A stretch of DNA of 64,000 bases from Ginglymostoma cirratum. Its lineage: Eukaryota. The position numbers and the translations under genes were made by a program. The stretch lies in assembly GCA_024137785.1 (NCBI GenBank), contig JAHRHZ010000020.1, positions 51,476,839 through 51,540,838 of the forward strand, given 5' to 3'. The notes beneath the pieces were generated by a model. It made no database searches, was not told the DNA's origin, and saw only the letters and a program-made list of their open reading frames with translations. This document shows, in pieces, positions 60,329-64,000 of this stretch; within the stretch, counting starts at the first letter, position 1; each line of letters starts with the position of its first letter.

Positions 60329-61189
60329 AACAACAAACCAGCTCGACAAGCCAACCAACCTCAACACCCACAACTCGAGCTACAAATCTACTCCAAAACC
60401 TTAGTCACACTTTGTGGTGTGTCCTTGGCCTTTCTCACTGACTTGAACTCTTGACACGGGAGCAAACAGACAGATGCACTGTTCAAGGTCCTCCTGTTTT
60501 CCTGAAGATGCGGAAACGTGGCCCTACAGAGCCTTAATTAACAGGTACCTGTTTTGTTAGAGATCCGTGTCTGAATTTAATGAGCAGAAACTATGGCCTG
60601 ACTGTATAAATTTTGTATTAATCTATAATAGTATTAATTTTCGATGTTTTGTGCCACCAATTATTTTGAAGCATCAGTTTGTGTAATAAAATTAATTGGC
60701 TTCGGCTGCCCTCAGATAAGCCGCACCACAAGTTTTATTTATTTTGAGCATGCTAAAACTTGGCAGTTAAATGGAAACCATCCAAGAACAGAAATTATAT
60801 GAGAGGGATTTTAATTACAGCTTAGCATCTGCTTGAATGAGAAAATTGCAGGATATTAAGGACTGCAATATCCCCTAACCTCCTCCACCCCCTCTCTCCC
60901 CTCCCCCTGTCATTTGTGGAAAGAGATTTAAACTCAATTTGTCAGACCAAAATTAAATATGAATTAGATCGATCCCAATTACAACAGAAATAAAGTCACA
61001 CCCAGACGAAGGCCAACGGACTGCTGAAAGCCAAGAGTATAGTTCCCGACTGAGAAAACATCATAAACTTGACGTGTACTGCCGCAAACTCTTCAAAACC
61101 CAGATGAATGTAATTATTACTCCCACCTAGCAGAACTGGGACAGTTAGTTAACATAACTGCCACTGCTAAATATCTTCAGGCTACTTTC

Positions 61190-61227
61190 ATTTGCATCGG
61201 TAGCGCACGCTTGTAGCATATTTGCAT
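61190..61227 (+). promoter_or_regulatory. pair of perfect POU octamer motifs
   Basis: ATTTGCAT at 61190-61197 and 61220-61227 in repeat-free sequence; function unproven. Confidence 0.35.
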
Positions 61228-62436
61228 TTCCTTTTCTTTTCAGGTTAATTCTTCAGGGTGCAAAATATATATATATATAAAAAAGAAGTGCTATCAATAT
61301 TAAAAGACGATATCATCACTTCTGTGAGCTGAACTCAGCCGAACGTGTAAAATCATCCTTGAAATAGAAAAAAAAAATCACTGGTTCTTTCAGGCGGGGG
61401 TGGAGGATGGAAATCTCCTGCAATAACCAAAGCCTTCAGAAATCCATCTGTCTCACAGTTATTAGGGCCCAACAGGCGTGAATTTGGCATTAGGAACATA
61501 TCCCTTCAGGCTCAAATGTACTTTTTAAAAATAATTTATTTATTATGGAAGGGAGGGTGGGAAAGTTATTCGAGAAAACCGATACAAGATCATAGGTGCA
61601 AGGTAGCGAGGAGGGGGAAATACGGTTGGGTTGGCCATAGAGATAAATATACCCGCTTTTCGCTAAATGCTGGGCAAGAGGGTACTTTCTCAACTCGCCA
61701 ACAATTAATATCCTTAAGTAGTCAATTAAAGGCCACTTAAGGGCCTCAACTCACCACCTCCTGGATCACTGGTCTCACTCAGTGGGAAAAGGAGCTAAGT
61801 ACCCACTTTAAAAAGAACCATGACGACCTGCTCAGCCAAACTGAGGCAATGGAAGGCACAGAGAGTGGGCCAGGGCACACCCTTTCAAAACCAGCCCTGC
61901 GCCTTTGCTCGCTGACCCCTCTCCTTCCACAACTCTCCCCTTGCAGGGTCAGGGAAACAACTCAGCTGCTTGCGACTACATCCCTCAAGCACTGTGCCTT
62001 CCCTGGGGGACGTGAGAACCCAGAAAACACCAGCTTCTGAACAGCGAGTGGGTTCCAGCAGCCCAAGTATCCAGTGCTGAGGTCTGTGATTGGGTGAGGT
62101 ACTCACCCTTACCCATCTAGCAGTTCTCAGTGAGCTCACTAGCATACGATCCAGTGAGTGGTCTCACTGGTCAGGGTGATGCATTAATTTGCAACCTAAA
62201 ACACTGGCCCCACACTGAGAAAAATAAATATACAGACACGTTCCACCCAATGTCCTCAAAGACATGCCAAAGTATTTTCCTGTCATTCACAGCTTTTGAC
62301 TTCTTTTTTCTGAAAATCTTCCCAAATGACCTGGTCGATCTTCTCTCTGAACTGGGCTACGACTCCATTGTGTTTGGCCACGCAGCGCCCAAGCCCTTAC
62401 CAAGCCAGACAGTGAGCTAATTCTGAAAACATCAGA

Positions 62437-62442
62437 GTGAGT

Positions 62443-62494
<52 letters not shown>

Positions 62495-62660
62495 GAGAGA
62501 CAGAGTGAGAGTGAAAGAGACAGAGTGAGTGAGAGAGAGAGACAGAATGAGTGAGTTAGAGAGAGAAAGAGAGAGAGAGTAAGTATGAGATACAGTGCAA
62601 GTGCAAGAAAAAGATAGAGTATGAGGTGGACAGGGAATGCAAGAGAGAGTATGAGATGGA
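62437..62660. repeat. compound microsatellite (GA)n/(GACA)n/(GAGT)n
   Basis: Directly visible. Confidence 0.95.
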
Positions 62661-64000
62661 AAACATCAGGAAGAGAAAGGGCTCAGACAACTAAAGACAT
62701 GGCTGCCAGTAGAGAGATGTGTGAACAGGTCCTCAGTTATGCTTGTACAGGGCACTTTTTCACCAGTGGAGTCTAGATAAATGCATCTCCTCTTCCCATT
62801 TTCCCATTGGGAACAGATCAATCTGCAGGCGAACCAATATCCAAGCATAATGGCCTCAGAAATTTGCTGCTGTGCACCAGGTCTGGTGCTGGAATCCAGT
62901 GCCAGAAGTGAAAACTAAATGGTGATTGTGGGGTTGTTGGGGCGGGTTGGTGGGATGTGTGCAGGGCCATGGGAGACAGGTATATCAAAACTGAAAAGGT
63001 GTATGAAAGGAGCTGAAAGCACTTTCTTTCATTAAGGGCTCCATTCTGTGAACGTGGCCCCTCAGTTGCCGGCTGACACCAGTGTTACTTGGTACTCACA
63101 CCAGCTCCAGCTATGGTGCTGTAAATCAAGCAACAATCAGTGTTGCAGGATTGAAGAGATACTGGTCTCAGATTTGACCTCATTCTACGAGTACGTACAA
63201 AGGTTGCGTGTGATAAACCCACAGGCAGTGAACATTTCTGATTCAGTGCCTTTTCTCTCCACACCCTTCATGTGAATTGCATCACGGTACAAGTAAATGA
63301 TGCACCTTTCACCTCTGTGATTTACTCCAGCTATTTGAGAGGCCAGTGTCAGCTGTTAAACAACTGGCCTCAAATCAATTTACAGTCACTTTCAAGGGGA
63401 ATGTGGGCAAAACAGCACACATTTAACCTTCCAGCTGTCAATTAATTCCATACATTCTCACTCACTGAACACTTTCCACCGTTCCCAGGGTATCTATCGT
63501 ACTGAGAACTGTGAAGAAAGCCATCTTGAAATTATGAACAAAATCTTACGTGCTGATGCTAAAGTGCATTGAAGGTTTGAAGCCAATTTCTTCCACATTC
63601 TGGTTTAATATGTTTGGAGTGAGGATCTGTGGACACACAAGTGAAAAATGCCTCACAGAATTACAATAGCCAAAAGGCAGGGAATTTTGCAGTGGGAATT
63701 TCTGAATGCCAGTCAGTCTCACTGCAATGACGGTGTTGAGATCTTCATTATGTGAGAGAACTCAATGCAGCTTTGGCCAACATGCACAGCAGTATCTGCT
63801 TTCGAGTAATTTCATGATGGATTTCAGCAAAATGACACATTGGGATAAATTATCAACAGTTTGCCTCCAAATAGTAGTCGCAGATCCAACGGGCAGATTC
63901 ATTAGCAGCTTGGGCTCAGGGTCCAATACATTTGCTTGGTGACTTCAATGGCTGCAAAATGATGCAGAAAGCCAGTTTCTGTCCCCAGATGTTTGAAAGA

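Larger units (their letters stand above)
59788..60415 (+). mobile_element. Penelope-like retroelement (Poseidon-type), 5'-truncated, with inverted pLTR and 13-bp TSD
   Basis: TSD AGTCACACTTTGT at 59788-59800 and 60403-60415; inverted arms 59798-60040 and 60124-60366 (~93% by hand alignment); ~36-nt unpaired 3' extension; GIY-YIG C-terminus; hammerhead in each arm. Confidence 0.93.

Noticed and set aside
59798-60366. Reading the long inverted repeat as DNA-transposon TIRs or an assembly foldback
   Set aside because: Arms differ by ~7%, contain PLE coding sequence and hammerheads, are asymmetric, and are bounded by a 13-bp TSD
1-64000. Prokaryotic-type systems (operons, CRISPR arrays, defence loci)
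   Set aside because: No gene-dense ORFs or regularly spaced repeats; content is vertebrate retroelement-rich non-coding DNA

Overview
This is eukaryotic, vertebrate non-coding DNA, almost certainly from an elasmobranch (shark or ray): it carries HE1-type V-SINEs, HER1/CR1 LINE remnants and SacSINE1-like DeuSINEs. I found no intact protein-coding gene, tRNA/rRNA gene or CRISPR array. The ORF track is chance ORFs plus decayed LINE reverse-transcriptase and Penelope GIY-YIG fragments. The window reads as a large intron or gene desert: dense, often nested retroelements alternate with repeat-free AT-rich blocks full of homeodomain, POU and Sox-type motifs, which are candidate enhancers. The most notable structure is a Penelope-like (PLE) insertion at 59788-60415 with a 13-bp target-site duplication and ~243-bp inverted arms. 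Each arm carries an apparently intact minimal hammerhead ribozyme, one per strand. About a dozen shorter PLE remnants also occur, and their 5' breaks cluster at the hammerhead motif. Other oddities are a 255-bp non-tandem local duplication of a decayed CR1 RT segment with one-sided A/G differences, a candidate 30-nt microexon and a twin octamer motif. Family names come from recalled consensus motifs, not a database search, and boundaries of decayed repeats are approximate. I see no firm evidence for a wholly new system, since PLE hammerheads are a known class.
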